Shown here piece after piece: positions 28,566-31,006 of a stretch of DNA of 31,006 nt. The notes under the pieces were generated by a model. It had not been told where the DNA came from. It saw nothing but the letters and a program-made list of their open reading frames with translations, and made no database searches. The translations under genes were made by a program, and so were the position numbers. Source of the stretch: Candidatus Pacearchaeota archaeon (lineage in GTDB: Archaea; Nanobdellota; Nanobdellia; UBA10117; JABICX01); contig JAFCCX010000001.1 of NCBI GenBank assembly GCA_017609995.1, positions 1 to 31,006 of the forward strand. Reading direction: 5' to 3'. Position 1 is the first letter of the stretch. Each line of letters starts with the position of its first letter.

Positions 28566-29329
28566 AGACTGGACATAATACTTGTGTAGGATGTGGCGCA
28601 GCAGTAATAACTCACATGATGTTAGCTGCAGTAGAAGAAAAAGTAGGTAAAGATTACATTATAGTTGGAACAACAGGATGCATGGAAGTTACAACTGCAA
28701 TTTATCCGAAGACCTTCTGGAAAGCACCATATATCCACGTAGTTTTTGAAAACTCACCAGCTGTTGCAACAGGAGTTGCTGCAGCAATTAAAGCTCAGAA
28801 AAAGAAAACAAAAGTAATTGTTCTTGCAGGTGATGGTGGAACTTATGATATTGGTTTTGGCGCTTTATCTGGAATGCTGGAAAGAGGAGATAATGTAACT
28901 TACATTTGTTATGATAATGGAGCTTACATGAACACTGGAATTCAAAGAAGTTCTGCAACACCAAAAGGTGCTTGGACAACAACTTCTCCCGCTGGAAAAG
29001 GCCAGAAAAAGAAAGATATCCTATCAATTGTTGCTGCACATAATATTCCTTATGTTGCTTCTGCAAGTTTAGCAAATCCTGCTGATTTCAAAAGAAAAAT
29101 TCAGAAAGCTCTTGATAATCAACCAAGTTTTGTTGTAGTTGATGCTCCTTGCCCTCCAGGATGGGGGTACAAGCCAGGAAAAACAATGGAACTAGCAAGA
29201 TTAGCTGTAGAAACAGGTGTCTGGCCTGTTCTTGAAATTGAGAACGGCAAGAGGATTGTTAATATAAAGCCAACTAAGAAACCTAGTGAATACTTTAAAA
29301 CACAAAAGAGGTTTTCAAAACGATGTTAA
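28553..29329 (+). CDS. porB: 2-oxoacid:ferredoxin oxidoreductase beta subunit (TPP-binding)
   Basis: CVGCG, TGCMEV, GDGG...YDNGAYMNTGIQRS, PCPPGW. Confidence 0.93.
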   Translation: MGGLKTGHNTCVGCGAAVITHMMLAAVEEKVGKDYIIVGTTGCMEVTTAIYPKTFWKAPYIHVVFENSPAVATGVAAAIKAQKKKTKVIVLAGDGGTYDIGFGALSGMLERGDNVTYICYDNGAYMNTGIQRSSATPKGAWTTTSPAGKGQKKKDILSIVAAHNIPYVASASLANPADFKRKIQKALDNQPSFVVVDAPCPPGWGYKPGKTMELARLAVETGVWPVLEIENGKRIVNIKPTKKPSEYFKTQKRFSKRC

Positions 29330-29931
29330 CTAGAGAAAAATTATTAGAAAAGCTGAAGAAGACTGTGTTGAAGACACAAATAATAATTGAAGCTTTTGAG
29401 GATGTTGATAGAGCAGATTTTGTTTTACCAGAACATAAAAAGAACGCCTATATTGATGAACCACTTCCAATTCTTGCTGAACAAACAATTTCACAACCAA
29501 CAACTGTTGCTATAATGACTGAAATATTAAAGCCAGCAATCGGAATGAAAATACTTGAAGTTGGAACAGGGTCTGGTTATCAAACAGCGATTTTAGCTGA
29601 GGTTGTTGGAAAAAAAGGAAAAATATACACTCTTGAACGAATCCCTGAACTTTTTGAATTTGCAAAGAAAAATTTAGAAGAATATGAAAACATTGAAAAC
29701 TTTTATGGAAATGGTGTAGATGGTTTCCCTTCTTGGGCACCATATGATAGAATTATAGTTACTGCAGATGCAACTGAAGTTTCAGATTACTTACTTTATC
29801 AGCTTAAGCCAGAAGGAATATTAATTATTCCTGTAAACGGAGAATTGATGAAAATAGAAAAAACAGAATGGGGAGATAAGAAAGAGACACCAATGGGTAA
29901 CTTTAGTTTTGTTCCGCTGGTTAAGGACTAG
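29323..29931 (+). CDS. pcm: Protein-L-isoaspartate O-methyltransferase
   Basis: QTISQP, LEVGTGSGYQ, APYDRIIVTA. Confidence 0.93.
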   Translation: MLTREKLLEKLKKTVLKTQIIIEAFEDVDRADFVLPEHKKNAYIDEPLPILAEQTISQPTTVAIMTEILKPAIGMKILEVGTGSGYQTAILAEVVGKKGKIYTLERIPELFEFAKKNLEEYENIENFYGNGVDGFPSWAPYDRIIVTADATEVSDYLLYQLKPEGILIIPVNGELMKIEKTEWGDKKETPMGNFSFVPLVKD

Positions 29932-29965
29932 AAATTTTTATTAAGGACTAACGAGGTAAATTAGT

Positions 29966-30310
29966 ATGAAGATTGATTTTGCAGGAGAAAAGATTTCTGA
30001 TGCTGATAAGGCATATATTGAAAAAACAATTGCGAAGACTCATGAAGCTGAGCAGATTAAGCAAATAAAAATACACATTAAAGAGTATGAAAAGTCAGGT
30101 TTGCGTGGTAAATATGATATTCATGTTGAAGTTATGACTGCGATAGGTATTTTTCACTCAGAAGGTGTTTCTTGGCTTTTCCGTCTAGCTGTTAAGCAAG
30201 CAATAGGCCGAATTGCTAGTCAGCTTAGAAAGAAAATACGAAAAGAAGATAAGATATCTCTATTGAAAAGACTGGCAAAAATCAAGGATATTATGCCGAG
30301 ACTAAAATGA
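29966..30310 (+). CDS. Putative HPF/RaiA-fold ribosome-associated protein
   Basis: Apparent beta-alpha-beta-beta-beta-alpha pattern (IKIHIK, YDIHVEV, FHSEG, AVKQAIGRIASQLRK). Own TATA-like tract and GAGGT SD. Confidence 0.55.
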   Translation: MKIDFAGEKISDADKAYIEKTIAKTHEAEQIKQIKIHIKEYEKSGLRGKYDIHVEVMTAIGIFHSEGVSWLFRLAVKQAIGRIASQLRKKIRKEDKISLLKRLAKIKDIMPRLK

Positions 30311-30513
30311 AAAAACAAATCTATATGGGTGGGTTTCTTGCAATGCTTCTTGCTATCGCTATAACCTTCTATTTTCAAATAAAAACTATGTCTGAGGGAA
30401 ACGCTTATCAATGGTATTTTTTAGGTATTATTGTATTAGTTGGATTAGCTAGCTACTACTTTAGCAAAAAAATGAGACAAGAACATTGGTTCATTAAACA
30501 GAGCAAAAAATGA
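30307..30513 (+). CDS. Small two-TM membrane protein
   Basis: Two hydrophobic helices in 68 aa; ATGA overlaps with both neighbours. Confidence 0.75.
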   Translation: MKKQIYMGGFLAMLLAIAITFYFQIKTMSEGNAYQWYFLGIIVLVGLASYYFSKKMRQEHWFIKQSKK

Positions 30514-31006
30514 AAATAATATTGATGGGTGCACCAGGTGCAGGAAAAGGAACTTATGCTGCTCGTTTAACAAAAATTCTTAAAATTCCAACTATTTCTT
30601 TAGGTGATGTTTTTAGAGTTGAAATAAAAAAAGGTACTTCTTTTGGAAAGAAAGTTCAGAAATACATGGATGCTGGACAACTTGTTCCAGATGATATTTC
30701 TACTGCTTCTTTGAAAAAAGAACTTGCTAAACCAAAATATAAGAAAGGTTTCATGTTAGATGCTTTCCCTCGAACACTTCCACAAGCAAAAGAACTTGAA
30801 AACATTACTGAGATTGATCGTGTTCTTTACTTTTCTGTTACACTTAAAACAATTTTAACTAGAACAAGTACACGAATTATTTGTAAGAACTGCGGAGAAA
30901 TTTTTAATCTAAAAACAGTTACACCAAAAAAAGAAGGTATCTGCGATGCGTGTGGAACTGAATTGATTACTCGTGATGATGAGCAAAGAAAAGTTGTTGA
31001 AAAACG
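30510..31006 (+). CDS. adk: Adenylate kinase paralog 2, 3'-truncated by the window edge; missed by the ORF track
   Basis: MKIILMGAPGAGKGTYA, TISLGD, GQLVPD, LDAFPR, LID CKNC...CDAC, RDD. Confidence 0.9.
   Translation, partial: MKIILMGAPGAGKGTYAARLTKILKIPTISLGDVFRVEIKKGTSFGKKVQKYMDAGQLVPDDISTASLKKELAKPKYKKGFMLDAFPRTLPQAKELENITEIDRVLYFSVTLKTILTRTSTRIICKNCGEIFNLKTVTPKKEGICDACGTELITRDDEQRKVVEK

Overview
AT-rich archaeal core-genome segment, most consistent with a DPANN (Nanobdellota/Nanoarchaeota-like) organism; the taxonomy is inference from gene content and compactness. Contents in order: the 3' part of asnS; six tRNA genes; two bacterial-type Zn-LID adenylate kinases; the RNA polymerase/ribosomal operon (rpo5, rpo2N, rpo2C, rpo1N, rpo1C, eL30, nusA, uS12, uS7); eS6, ABCE1, a Nudix hydrolase, YchF, eS17 and Alba; an HTH regulator divergent from glmS-PMM/PGM-porG-porA-porB-pcm; an HPF-like gene; and several ORFans. 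The ORF track misses rpo5, the second adk and two small ORFs. Main observations: (1) tRNA-Glu and tRNA-Asp both carry non-canonical T-loop (59/60) introns with BHB-type junctions and shared palindromic motifs, and tRNA-Tyr has an anticodon-loop intron. (2) rpo1N has an in-frame TAA at a conserved Glu. (3) rpo5 appears to start at CTG. (4) Several divergent gene pairs share a single centred TATA box. (5) A two-state long hairpin lies between rps17e and alba. (6) The POR operon lacks a delta subunit, while a ferredoxin-thioredoxin-fold fusion occurs elsewhere in the window. No CRISPR array, rRNA, integrase or transposase was seen.
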